This document shows, in pieces, positions 13,168 to 25,200 of a stretch of 64,000 bases of DNA (the first letter of the stretch is position 1; each line of letters opens with the position of its first letter). Origin of the DNA: Azolla caroliniana (lineage: Eukaryota; Plantae; Polypodiophyta); NCBI GenBank assembly GCA_043228905.1, contig JBHGNT010000001.1, positions 24,366,001 to 24,430,000 on the forward strand. Direction: 5' to 3'. The notes under the pieces were generated by a model. It was not told the origin of the DNA and did no database searches. It saw only the letters and a list, made by a program, of their open reading frames with translations. The position numbers and the translations under genes were made by a program.

Positions 13168-13221
13168 AGCGGACTGTTGCGGAGTGGGGAAGTGATAGTC
13201 CGAGAAGCCCTGATACCCCAC
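13158..13221 (+). promoter_or_regulatory. Putative -1 programmed ribosomal frameshift signal
   Basis: Slippery G GAT TTT before TAA; 5-nt spacer; stem 13170-13180/13192-13202; loop GTGGGG pairs with CCCCAC at 13216-13221; the -1 frame is open into pol. Confidence 0.75.
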
Positions 13222-13301
13222 ACAGGAAGAAAACTCTCGGAGCAAAACAAGTACGAATCGGCCCGGATGGGGCATCTACGTACACGGCCGTAACCGGAGG
13301 A

Positions 13302-16300
13302 ATGAAGAAACAATACCGACAAGTGGAGGATAAGTTACGGTCGGCATCAATAATAAAAGAAGACGAAGAAATCGTGGGAGTGATCGAGGAAGTGTTCTAT
13401 GGGAATACACTACAACGGCTTGAAGAGCTTGCGGAAGATAAAAGCCAAGGGAACCGGGTAGTCCCGGTGGAATCGGTCGAGATGTACGAGATCATTGCGA
13501 AAATGGGGCCGGATGCGCTCCGCAAAGAAGAAGCAATGGTAAGTACGAAATACAAGACCGTGGAGAAGAAGGTGAAACCGGCCGCGGGACCACTACCCGC
13601 CGATAGCGAACAAAAGAAGAAAGAAGTCTCGGGAGATCCGACACTTCGGAAGTCCGTGGATATCGGACATGCCTTCACAGATGAGACCCGGAAGAAACTT
13701 CGGATCGGTGGAGGTGGGTTCCTCTTACAAGAAGAAGAAAAACGGTTTCGAGAGATGTTGGAGCAACATGGCAAAGCATTCGCGTTCACATCGAGGGAGA
13801 TCGGATGCATTGATCCAAAGATAGTGGAGCCGATGGTGATTTTCACGATTGATCATGTACCGTGGAACCTGAAGCCGATTCCGGTGCCACGGGCGCATAT
13901 TCCGAAAGTCATCGACTTGCTCAAGGAGAAGGTGGCGATGGGGATTCTAGAGCCATCAAGTGCTCCGTACTCAAATCGATGGTTTACGGTTCCGAAGAAG
14001 AATGGGTCACTCCGATTCATCCAAGACTTACAACCGGTGAACAAGGTCACGATCCGGAACTCGGGAGTCGGTCCGATAGTGGACGAATTTGCGGAAGCTT
14101 TTGCCGGACGTGCGATATACTCCATCGGGGACCTATACTCGGGGTATGACCAATTCCAACTAGCCGTGGAGAGCCGAGACATCACTACCATGCGGACACC
14201 GATAGGACTAGTTCGAATGTGCACACTACCACAAGGAGCGACAAACTCGGTTGCACATATGATGAACGCGATGAACAAGGTGCTTCGAGATTGCATCCCG
14301 GAGATAACGATGCCGTTTCTAGATGACATTCCGATGAAAGGATGCGCGGTGGAAGAAAAAGATGAGACTATGGATGATCGGGGATGCCGAAAGTTCGTGG
14401 TCGACCATATTCATGATTGCGAGAAAGTGTTGCGAAAGCTAGAAGATGTGCACCTAACACTTTCCGGGGAGAAATCGGCATTCGGGCAAGAAGAAATATT
14501 GGTGGTCGGACATCTATGTGGACCCTACGGCCGAAGACCGTCACCAACAAAGATCGATGCGATTCAAGCTATGAAGGAAGTATGTGAGTCAACATCGGAA
14601 GTCCGAAGGTTTCTGGGTGCGTGTGCATTCTATCACATATGGATTCCGCACTATGCACATATAGCGGACCCGCTCTATCACTTGTTGCGGAAAGGTAAGA
14701 AATTCGAGTGGAAACCGGAACACACTAAAGCCATGAGGAAGCTCAAGAAGACACTATGGAGGGCGGAATCACTTAAGAAGCCAAGCTACGAGCGGCCAAT
14801 CATAGTAACGGTTGATACAAGTCCAACCGGTATCGGGTGGGTCATCAATCAAGCCGACTCGGATGGTTCGCGGTATCCGATCCGATTTGGAGCAAAGGTC
14901 CTCAACGAAAGGCAACGCGGATATGCACAAGTCAAAAGAGAATTGTGGGGAGTCGTGTCGGCGATAAAATCGGATCGGGATTATTTGATCGGAGCTGAAG
15001 TGGTGATCGAGACGGATTGTCTTCCGATACTCGGGATGATGCGGTGTTGTACGATACCGGATGTGGCTATGCTAAGGTGGATTGCATATGTCAAGTCACT
15101 TAATCCGGAGGTTCGACACATCTCGGGGAAGGACAACGCGGTAGCGGACATGTTATCGAGGGCGCGGTTTGAAGACGACATAACCGAATCAGATAATGAA
15201 GAAGTTTCCGAAGACTACTTCACGTCAGAACACATATGCCGAGTGAACGTGATCCGAGAATTCCGGGAAGAAGAATACGAGGGGGAAACCTTGATGATCG
15301 GGAAGATGCTACAAGAGGTCGAGGATTCAACCAATGATAAAGAAAGGAGAGCCGAGATCCGAAGGAAGAAGAGGCAAGTCCAAAAGTTCTTCTTGGAAAA
15401 CGGTTTAATATGGAGGACGCCGAAAAGACCGGATGGGATACCACTTCGAGTAGTCGGGACGAAAGAGCAACGAAACCGGATAATATCCGAGTTCCACGAA
15501 TCCGATTGGGCTGGACATCGAGGAACATGGGCAACTTTTGTGAAAATCAAGCAAAGATATTGGTGGAAGAACATGTATAAAGATGTCGCGGAGTTCACAG
15601 AAAGCTGCGAGAAATGTCAAGTCTACTCCGGGGTCCGACACCGAGATGAGCTGCATCCGACATTCTCACCGACAATCAACTTCAAGTGGATGGTCGACAT
15701 TGTAGCTATGCCGACCGGGATTGGACAAAAGAAATACTTGGTGTTAGCTCGAGAAGATCTCACAAACCAAGTTGAAGGTCGAGCGCTTCGGAGGAAAACG
15801 TGTGCCGCGGTGTGCCAATTTCTTTTGGAAGAAGTGTTTTGTAGGTACGGCTGCGTAGGACAAGTGATTGCGGACCGGGGAGAACTCGACTCGGACAAAG
15901 CTAGGGGATTCTTCGCCAAACATGGAGTTCGGTTAACGTTGACAACGGCCTACAATCCGGAGGCCAACGGGAAGATCGAACGAGGACATAGTCCGATCGT
16001 GAAAGCACTTGCGAAGGCATGCGACGGAAGGGTGAAGGATTGGCCACAAATGCTTCCGTATGCACTATGGGCGGATCGGACGACGCATAGCTCCGTGACC
16101 GGTTACATGCCGGCAGAACTCATGACCGGACAAGCACCGGTAATGCCAACGGAAACCGCAATCGCGACATGGACAATACTACCGTGGAAGGAAGAGATGA
16201 GCCAGGAAGAACTACTAGCGGTCCGGATACGACAACTGGAGGGAAGACCGAAAGATGTAGCGGAAGCGTCACGCCGACAACAAGAAGCACGGTTCCGGAA

Positions 16301-16769
16301 CAAAAGCCGGTTCGACACAAAGCACCGACTACGACCGAGGAGGATTGAAGAAGGAGATTGGGTGATCGTCTATGATAGTAGCTTGGACCATCAACATACA
16401 ACGATGCGGAAATTCGCGAAAAGGTGGTTCGGGCCGTACGAGGTTCGGAAGGTCTTCGACAACGGGACGTACCGACTGTCCGAGTTGGATGGAACAATAC
16501 TACGAGTGCCTATAGCCGGGAAGCGGGTGAAGATTTTCAAGAAGAGGACCGACGACAAACCTTATGTGATCCAAGTCGAGGCCGACAACGAGGAGCAATC
16601 GGACGAAGACCACAATGATGCGGGAAGCGAAGAAAGTGGATTACAACTCATAGTCGACATAAGGGGAGAATCGGAGGAAGCTTCGGATGAAGACGGATAC
16701 GAAGAATCAAGAACTTCGGCACATACCGGAGGATGTGCGGGTTTGGAGGGGGCGAGTGTCGTAGTGTAG
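13302..16769 (+). CDS. pol: Pol: reverse transcriptase, RNase H, integrase (no chromodomain)
   Basis: DLYSGYDQ, LPQG and FLDD (RT); VTVDTS, ELWG, TDC and VADMLSR (RH); H..H..C..C, MVD, ADRG, NGKIERG and WFGPY (INT). Confidence 0.95.
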   Translation: MKKQYRQVEDKLRSASIIKEDEEIVGVIEEVFYGNTLQRLEELAEDKSQGNRVVPVESVEMYEIIAKMGPDALRKEEAMVSTKYKTVEKKVKPAAGPLPADSEQKKKEVSGDPTLRKSVDIGHAFTDETRKKLRIGGGGFLLQEEEKRFREMLEQHGKAFAFTSREIGCIDPKIVEPMVIFTIDHVPWNLKPIPVPRAHIPKVIDLLKEKVAMGILEPSSAPYSNRWFTVPKKNGSLRFIQDLQPVNKVTIRNSGVGPIVDEFAEAFAGRAIYSIGDLYSGYDQFQLAVESRDITTMRTPIGLVRMCTLPQGATNSVAHMMNAMNKVLRDCIPEITMPFLDDIPMKGCAVEEKDETMDDRGCRKFVVDHIHDCEKVLRKLEDVHLTLSGEKSAFGQEEILVVGHLCGPYGRRPSPTKIDAIQAMKEVCESTSEVRRFLGACAFYHIWIPHYAHIADPLYHLLRKGKKFEWKPEHTKAMRKLKKTLWRAESLKKPSYERPIIVTVDTSPTGIGWVINQADSDGSRYPIRFGAKVLNERQRGYAQVKRELWGVVSAIKSDRDYLIGAEVVIETDCLPILGMMRCCTIPDVAMLRWIAYVKSLNPEVRHISGKDNAVADMLSRARFEDDITESDNEEVSEDYFTSEHICRVNVIREFREEEYEGETLMIGKMLQEVEDSTNDKERRAEIRRKKRQVQKFFLENGLIWRTPKRPDGIPLRVVGTKEQRNRIISEFHESDWAGHRGTWATFVKIKQRYWWKNMYKDVAEFTESCEKCQVYSGVRHRDELHPTFSPTINFKWMVDIVAMPTGIGQKKYLVLAREDLTNQVEGRALRRKTCAAVCQFLLEEVFCRYGCVGQVIADRGELDSDKARGFFAKHGVRLTLTTAYNPEANGKIERGHSPIVKALAKACDGRVKDWPQMLPYALWADRTTHSSVTGYMPAELMTGQAPVMPTETAIATWTILPWKEEMSQEELLAVRIRQLEGRPKDVAEASRRQQEARFRNKSRFDTKHRLRPRRIEEGDWVIVYDSSLDHQHTTMRKFAKRWFGPYEVRKVFDNGTYRLSELDGTILRVPIAGKRVKIFKKRTDDKPYVIQVEADNEEQSDEDHNDAGSEESGLQLIVDIRGESEEASDEDGYEESRTSAHTGGCAGLEGASVVV

Positions 16770-17585
16770 GTTGCACACTATGTGGAAATTATATTTTTGT
16801 CCCTCCGGATAGAGAATGGAGTGCTCGGTGAGAACCGGCAAGGAGGAAAACGGCAAGGAAGAAAACGGCATACCGGCAAGGAGGAAAACGGCATACCGGC
16901 AAGGAAGAAAACGGCATACCGGCAAGGAGGAAAACGGATAAAGAGACATAAATGTAAAGAGAAAGGAAATACTCACTACTGCGCAGGGCGTGATTCGAAC
17001 TCTGCACCTCCACGTTGACAAACCCCAACCTTACCATTACATTAACTTATCTTAAGTGTTTTAAATATAGATTTAATACGTATAAGACCTTTATTTATGC
17101 ATACCTTTATTAAAAGGTAAATCGTGTATTTTTTTAATATATGAAAAAGAAAAAACACGAGACACTAAAAATAACTCATGCACATCTAGCGTGCATGAGC
17201 CCTATACTTAGGAAATAAAAAAGCATCACATGCACATTTAGTGGACATGAACACTTTTTGTAAAAAAGCATGTAGCTATGCTTAGTCTCTCCCATCACTA
17301 TATAAGGATGGGGAGCACATTGTAGTTGTTGTTGATTTTTTTTTGGATTAAGAATTAATCAATACAAAAATTATTCGTGGGATTCACGATTTATACATCT
17401 ACTTCTCTCTTAACACCCTAAGTACCAATTAATATAGTATACTCGTGTGATTCACGAGTTTCTTATCTTTCTCTTTGCTATTTACTCATAATTAATCTCT
17501 ATCTCACGAACTCCTTTCTCCTAGTCCAAGACCTCTGTGGTTCCCACCCGACTCACGCAACGATCCGGAGCCGAAAGGCACGACA
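16757..17585 (+). repeat. 3' LTR
   Basis: Preceded by the PPT; near-identical to 10261-11089. Confidence 0.97.
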
Positions 17586-18450
17586 ACGTTTCTGAGCAAC
17601 AATAGTGCTAATACCTCGTTGACAAGAGGTACTTCTACAGAGCTAGTTTAATTCATTAGTCCTTCGAAGGCATTAATATGTTCCGCCATGTTGGAGTTGT
17701 GTTGATACTAGAGTCTCACGAATTTCCTAAAATACTGAGACTCTATTCACGACGTTCTCGTTTTCAAACATCACGCCAATCTTCTTCTAGAGGACGTCAG
17801 CACTCTTCTCTTCATCAAAGTTGTTGTATAGAATCATGTCTATAAAACACCTTAGATATGCTACCGCCTTCAGATGCATGACTTCTCAAGTCGATGCATC
17901 TATCTTGTCTCACCTTTTATCTCCGAATTGCACCAACAGCTAGAGGTCTTTGCACACGAGCATGTCCCCCATCTTCAAATTCCACACCAAATAGTTGGAG
18001 CGGGTAAGGTTGAACATGTCGCCAAATGAGTCTTCTATAGCTCTGATACTGGTTTGTGAGGATCCTGACCGGCCACAACTAGTTTCTTGTTCTTATATTC
18101 GATTGTAGAAAACGAAAAAGGAACAGTGCATAGACAACAAGAAAACGAAATGCAGAGACACAATATTTTTACGTGGAAAACCCGAACTAGGAAAAACCAC
18201 GTGGAGTCCACAAACTCCAAAATGGATCACTATGATGAGAGGTAGTACAATATGACACTCTGAGGCAACGACCTCGAGATCCTCTTCATCTAACAAACTG
18301 ACGGTTATAGAGTTACACAGACTAACTCTCACTCTTTCCTCCTCTCACACAATTATAGAGGCATCAACCTTCTCTAACTACGTAACAACTAATAATGATA
18401 CTCACTCCTTCCACAAAGTTTGCTCTAGTTGTATTTATACATATACAACT
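17586..18450 (-). mobile_element. Copia (Tork-like) 5' part: gag remnant, decayed iMet PBS (~18040-18051) and 5' LTR from 18055 (far end uncertain)
   Basis: Homologous to 26190-27000 (EDSFG.MFNLT.SNY.VW..KM.DMLVCKDL); the LTR carries the ACGTGGAAAACCC..GAAAAACCAC motif also seen at ~61716. Confidence 0.75.
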
Positions 18451-19022
18451 TTCTGGTTATTTACATACATAACCCACAAGGGGCACATTTAGACTATTTA
18501 CATATATGGTCTCCTAATTTCGATTTCGAGTATCACACTTTGATACAATGCTCTACCTTTGATCATATTCGACCATGCTTTCCAAATCTCTTTGACCGAG
18601 CCCAATCCTTGCATGAATTCCTCTCACATCCACAATGTGCACTCTCGATTGCAACATTCATTGGTAAAGTTCTTGACCATTGAGAGTCACTACTCACTTT
18701 CACACGTATAATGTGAAATGTAATATTTTTGGTCTCATAGGTCATATTTGACCTCCGAAGACGATAATATAATCTATCTATCTATCTATCTCACGCTCAA
18801 CCCCCTTGGGAGAATGGCTCCAACCCCCCCCCATAAACAACATCCGAGCACGTATTGGGGCATCTTGTATGCCCAAGATGCATGATTTCTTTTCTTAAGA
18901 TTTTCTGTTGGAAGCGAGTTGCCCATACCTCTGTCCATATTCCTAACTTTTCTTGTCTAGAGATCCAAGGCGTGTCTATGTGTTGAAGCGCTTGTTGGCT
19001 GCAAAGCATGTTCAACGCTCAC

Positions 19023-19434
19023 GTTCTAATACCATGTAAAAGAATAGTGTGTGGGTGCTAGTACACAAGACACAGTCAGCTCAACCAGACACAGTTAGGT
19101 AAACAGAGAATTTAGGGAGAGAGAGAGAGAGAGAGAGTTTAGCAGACAACAAACTTAATTCAAAATACTAGTGCTCTGTACCAAAAGATGTGCACATTGT
19201 GCACCTTTTATACAAGTCCTCCAAAGGACTGACTGAAGTAGTAACAAGTACTTCAATGCTCACACATGAGCTCTAACACTAAATGTCAATAGTATTCCTA
19301 TTTACTAAAATAGGAATGTAGGCTTCTAACAGCTTGTCGGCTCCTAGCCGATCTGGTTGTTGGCTTCTTTAGTTGATCTGGTATTTGGCTTCTTTAGCCA
19401 ATCCGGCCTACCATCCTTTAGCCGACCCAGCTCA
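19023..19434 (-). mobile_element. Copia LTR fragment with decayed iMet PBS
   Basis: gttctaatacca followed by TGTAAAAGAATAG; similar to 27000-27435 and 36803-37156; (GA)n and ~25-bp repeats. Confidence 0.7.
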
Positions 19435-19439
19435 TGTTA

Positions 19440-21216
19440 AGATTGTCTCGCAATAGAGCATTGTCATGATGCCCCTATAGTTGGACATTTTGGTATTGCC
19501 AAGACCATGGAGGTGGTGAAGCGCTGGTTTTAGGGTTTACCTTACGGCTTTGCAAGGAGTGGTGGCCTCACTTGCAAAACTTTGTCGAAGATTACATTTG
19601 CACATGTGACACATGTTGTCAAGCCAACATACCCAAACATCATCCTTATGGCTTGCTACAATGATTACCACTTCCAAGCACGCCATGGCAATCTATTTCT
19701 ATGGATTTCATTACAGGTCAGCCACCTTCAAAAGGATTTGATACTATTTTAACAGTAGTTGATCGATTTACCAAGATGGATCAAATTTTTCCATGTGTAA
19801 TGAGCATCAATCGTCAAGAAACCGCAAATATAATTATGTGTGAAGTGCTTGGAGATCATGGTCTTCCAGGTGATATAATTAGTGATCATGATCCTCAATT
19901 GATCTCTCACTTTTGGAAGCACTTATGGGCATGCCTCAAAATCTCTTGCAAACTCTCTTTAGCTTATCATCCACAAACTGATAGACAAATAGAGTGCACA
20001 AATCAAACGCTCACGCAATATCCTTGATGCTTCATCAGTTATCAACAAGATGATTGGAGTAATATTTTACATCTTGCTGAGTTTGCATACAATAACATGG
20101 TACACTCTTCTACCAAGGTTACACCTCTATTTTCCTACACTGGTAGCCATCGTTGATGGTGTATTCGAGATCTTCCCAACGTCTCACGAAACCCTAGTGA
20201 GGAGCATCACCTCCACCTATGACAACAAATCTAGTTAGAGTTATCTTCCATCTTCAGAAAGCTGACACACAACATAAGACCAATGCAGATCAGCATCATC
20301 TTAAGTCTCCTTTTAAGATTGGTGACTGAGTATGGTTCCTTCATCGTCACATCAAGACTACCCGATAGTGTGCTAAGATTGATTATATATGATGAGATCC
20401 TTTTTTCATCACAACGTCGATTAATGATGCAACATTTCGTCTTCATCTTCTTATACACCTCGGGCTTCACCCAATCTTTCATAGCTCTCATTTGGAACCT
20501 TGCCGCACCTCTTCAATTCCTAATCGTGTTGTGCCACCTCCTCCTTCTCTCCATCTTGCTAACAGCTTTGAATGTGAGGTAGTTGTTATTCTCAAATCTA
20601 AGATTGTGCGCAATAGGGTCTATTATCTAGTTGATTGGTTAGTAAGCTATCCTCCGAGTGATCGCACTTGGGAATCTGTCGATAATGTTTGCAATGGTCA
20701 AGCTCATGTCAATGACTTCCATCACCGATACGCAATCAAACCCAGCCCTACATTGTTAACACCGACTTCCACTCATCCTTCTTGAAGGAGGGATAGTGTC
20801 ATGAACACACGAATATCATGATGTCACCCAGACTTGAACCCAACCATTAAGATAGCCTATTGTCATGTGAGATGATAAAAGTTACTTTTTGTAATATATT
20901 GATTATTGTAAAAACTCTGGAACATTCTAGAACTTTCTAGAATACCCTAGAACATCTTAGAATATTCTAGTTCTAGAACATTCTAGAACATTATAAAAAT
21001 CTCTAGGGTATTCTATAGGAACCTATACACAGAGACATACAAGTCTTCTCAAATCAATTCAAATAAACACCTATCTTAAGCTCTCATCGTCTATCTTGTA
21101 TCAATTCTCATTCTATCTTAATACATCCATAGTTCTCTTATCATTTCCTTCCTTTCTTATTGTGTTCTCTTTATATCCTTCTTCCATCACTCTATCTTTT
21201 ACTCTTGGTTTTGACA
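19440..21216 (+). mobile_element. Chromovirus (Tcn1-like) 3' fragment: integrase, chromodomain, PPT and 3' LTR 20797-21216
   Basis: CHDAP..GHFG, MDFIT..P.S.GFD.ILTVVDRFTKM, YHPQTD.Q.E; YYLVDW..YPPSDRTWE; GAAGGAGGGATAG|TGTCA...TGACA. Confidence 0.85.
20920..20992 (+). promoter_or_regulatory. Heat-shock-element-like array (nGAAnnTTCn)
   Basis: GAAcaTTCtaGAActTTCtaGAA with 10-bp periodicity, upstream of the LTR TATA region. Confidence 0.55.
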
Positions 21217-21939
21217 TCTACCACCTCTTTGAGCTCAATTGAAAAGGAGAGAGGCGCATGTTGCATCTTCTTCGAGCTTTGGCTTTTGGAGGTTTTCTTC
21301 TTCAATTTTGGGATTTCTTTTGGCCACTTTGGCTTCTAGGTTCCTTTTCTCCCTCAACTCTTCTTTGTTTAGAGTTCAGAATTTTGGAGAAGGAGAATCT
21401 CTCAACACTCATCATTTATCTTTTAGCATTTGAAGTTCAACCTCGGCATTTTCACGTGAAGTATATCATTCCTTCACTTTTCCTTCTCAATCTCCTTTTC
21501 TTCTTAGGTGGTCATCGTGGGAGGTCATTACATGGAGGCATTAAAAAAGGGAATTTGGATAGCAGGCAACCAACCGTTCAAAGGGAGGACAAAGTGGCTG
21601 AGAACTCTAGTTCAAACTAAAAGATCATAGCCATCAGTTGTCAAGATAGGCGGCCCAATCAAATCACCATCACTGGAAGCTTCAACCCTCCCCTATTTTC
21701 AATTTTGTTTCTTATTTGGTGGTTAGCTTTAGTTACCATCATTCTAATCTTCTGCTCAAACCTTTATATACCCTACATTATAAAGGGTCCTTTCTTAATC
21801 TAGCGTTTCATCCTAAAGAGTGGCCTCTTTTATCCTAATCTTGTGTTCTTTCTGGCAATCAAATGTTTTGATCCTATGCTTGTACAATAACAATTGATCT
21901 ACTATGTGTGATAGAGGGGAAAGGAAGGGAAAAACTTGC

Positions 21940-22255
21940 TCCCTTCGACTCATACGATCCTTCAACTTGTGGGAGCTTTTGAATCTTCCTTGATCTTTCG
22001 ACTCCATTGATCTTTTGAATCATGGGAGCCTCTGACTCCACCAAGTGTTCGACTTGTGGGAGCCTTCGACTCCCCTGGTCTTTCGACTCGTGGGAGCCTT
22101 CGATTCCTCTGAGATTTTGACCCCTAGGAACTTTCAACTCCCCCTATCATTCGATTCGTGGGAGCATTCAACTCCTAGCAGCCTTCGAGTCCCCAACAAT
22201 CATGCCCTCGTAGTCCTTCTGTCCTCCCTAGTCCAAGACCCCTATGGTCCCAATT
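21940..22255 (+). repeat. Degenerate tandem repeats (CTTCGACTCGTGGGAGC-like) ending in the Trp-family U5 motif; probable decayed LTR
   Basis: Repeated ttcgactc/gtgggagc units; CCCTAGTCCAAGACCCCTATGGTCCC at ~22226-22251. Confidence 0.5.
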
Positions 22256-25200
22256 GAGTAGCACATGGTCTTTTTACCTAATGGATTGATAGAGTTTCAA
22301 TATTCTACACTTATGTAGTTAGTTTAGTGATAGTAGCCAAGGGCAAAGGTCCTAAAATTGCATTATCTCAATCGGTTTGTCAAGGGTACCCGATGGCACC
22401 TTACTTGTTCTTTTTTTAGCTAATGCCTTCCTCTATTCTTTTAGGAGTTCTAAAGCTAATATGAGGGAACTAGCATTGCCAGTATGTTAGATTTTTTTTG
22501 TTGATGTTCAATGTGTAGATCATATGGCATTGTGAGTTGAAGGAATAGAGGAGAATAGTTCGTGTTGGTATGTAGTTACTTCATGTTCAAGTAATTTGTC
22601 CAGATTGTTAATCACAAGGATCTACTCCTCATTGTTTTTGGGAGTGTACATTCATTCAATAGACTTTTGAGAATTTTTGTGATTGCAAGGCTATCAAGTT
22701 TCGTTTCATGGGGCAACGTGGTTTGGAGTTCATTTAATAATAGTTTCTTCCTATGAGATAGATTCCACTCATATAATATTGGTTGAAGAATCATTGCTTT
22801 TGTTTAGTCACAATTTGTGAGTTCATTAGAATTTGAATATTGTAGTATTCCTACACATACTTGAAGCTTTGGAGTGGCATTCCAATTTTTTGATTGCTAG
22901 ATGGTTTTCCTTTTTTGTGGTTGTTCTAGACTTCTTTGGATGTATATAGGTTTGTGTCCTCTTAGCCCATTTGAGGGAAGGATATATGGTTGGTGATTGG
23001 CTTTCAAAAGGGGGTTTTGGAAGTATCTTGACTTAGTATCTATCTACCTCCTTTGTACATTATGGTCAATAGGGCTTTTCTTAACCAATGGAAGGAATAT
23101 TTTTTGGAATAAAAAGGCAAATAAGAGATACAAATAAATTTCTTGAAGTGAAAAGTAGAGTTAAGAAACCACGCTAAGGTTTATTTGATATTATGTATCG
23201 CTAACCCTATTATTAACTAACCCATCTATTGTATTAACTTTTGATGGTCAAAAGTGTATTATGGTGCTTGTTAAACTACACATCAACATGGAAATGATGA
23301 TATTGCAATTCCCAAGCTTCCAGCTAATTGTTAGAGCATCTTGTTGATTTGTGTTATTAAATTCAATTCACCGATTGAGTTAGGAAGGACAAGAAATTCT
23401 CCAATTACAATGTCAACACCCATTTAATAAAGTAGTGCACACAGACAAACAAGATGGAAATCTTGAACACTTTGGTGTGATGATCAAAGAGCATCAATAA
23501 ATCGTACAAAGGTAAACTTACTGTACATGATTGCACTAGGACTTGGTTGTTTTTGTCCCAATGTGTAGGGTTATCTAAGAAAGTGGGGAATATTTGGAAA
23601 GGGGATTCATCCCCCAACACACAAATCATAATTTGTACATGCCTAGCACACATAATTGTCTCCTACAACAAAGGAGTTTAGGGTGGATAACCTATATAGC
23701 AACACACATCATGTATAAAAAAACAAGATTCTAACAAATTAACTTTCTTGAACTAGACTCAATTAGAGATTTGATTGTTTGAAACCCTAAGTCTCTTGAG
23801 CAAGAAGATTGGTCTCTCTAAAACAACATGAAAGTATGTTCTACTTTGTTATCTCACTTAAGCCAATGTGTGGCAAAGATATTGCATATCAATTCATGTA
23901 CACTATAATCATCAAGATGCCTTTATATAGACTAAAACTTCAAGGAATTTCCTCAATTTGGGTCATTTCGTATATAACCCTAAACATACTAAGGGCTTAG
24001 GTATTATAGAGGTTCTAAATGGATATCCAAAAATAAATGGGGCAAGTGTGTTCATATCAATATCCTTTGTAACACAATGGTTTAATGTTACAAAGGATAT
24101 TGATATGAACAATTGTGTTGATATTATGTGCGTTTATGTTCATATGTTTTAATCAATGCAACTTTTTGGTATTTTGAGGATAAGATGACCCTAGTTGTAG
24201 GCACTGACTTTTCTCGTCTTCTTATTTCCTTCAGTTTCAATATGCACTATTATTTCCACATATGTTCCTTCCAATTCATTGTTGATATTCCCATTTTAGT
24301 ATCTTGTAACTTCAAGTTTTATATTCTAGCGATTACATAATTTCTTTTGCCCATATAACCATGTCTTCATTGTTGTGCGTGAGTTCTACAATTTTCCCAC
24401 TCTTATCGTTCAAAATTTGAGGTACCATCTATTCATTATCGGCCCATTTAGTATGAATCCTTAGGCTTTTCTAACTTTTCTCCTCCATGCACTCTGCCAA
24501 TATTTAATGATTTAAGCTCTTGTAGAGAATTCATCTTTGGTTTCTTCAACACCGTATATGTCAATATTTGTAATCCTATCATCACCATTGTTGTCACGAA
24601 TGATCTTAAATCATCACATAATATAGTTAACTCAATTTACTCTTTTGCTTATCAATAGAATTAAAATAATTTTGAAACTAGTGAGAAACAAGAATATATA
24701 TATATATATATCGGCATGTCTATGTGCGTGTTTATTTATGAAGCACGTCTCCCTCAAACTAAAACTAGTTTTAACCGTTTCCCTTTTCATGTAAGCAAAT
24801 TGAAACAACCATGGGGTTCAAAGAAACTATAGGAAAACCTATTTGGACTTATCTCTTTTTGTGAAATATTTAACTTTTATCTTAATTTTGAAATTCTAAC
24901 AATTTAACAATTCAAATGTTCAATTTAGTCGCTTCATGTTATTTTACAATGTTATTCTTATAAGGAACCATCTTCTCTTTGGGACCCCCTGACTCACCTT
25001 TGCATACTCTATGTGTGTTTGAAGTTGAGGCACGACTCTCAAATGAAAATTAGCATGCATTTTTTGTTAAACAATACAAAAGAAAGCAATTATATCACAA
25101 ACACTATCTTTATGTTGGACATAAAAAAGTTACAACTAACAACATCACATTTGATATGATTTAAGGAAATCGCATTTCAACCGAAAAGATTAGTAGTTAT

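Larger units (their letters stand above)
10261..17585 (+). mobile_element. Near-intact young Ty3/gypsy (non-chromovirus) element, tRNA-Trp primed
   Basis: Two 829-bp LTRs (TGTCG...CGACA) differing at only two positions that I could spot; 18-nt PBS; PPT GGAGGGGGCGAG; 4-bp TSD GCGT/ACGT; uninterrupted 1155-aa RT-RH-INT ORF. Confidence 0.97.

Noticed and set aside
21940-22200. Interspaced short repeats that could suggest a CRISPR array
   Set aside because: The units are degenerate and irregular, there are no unique spacers or cas genes, and the context is eukaryotic TE sequence.
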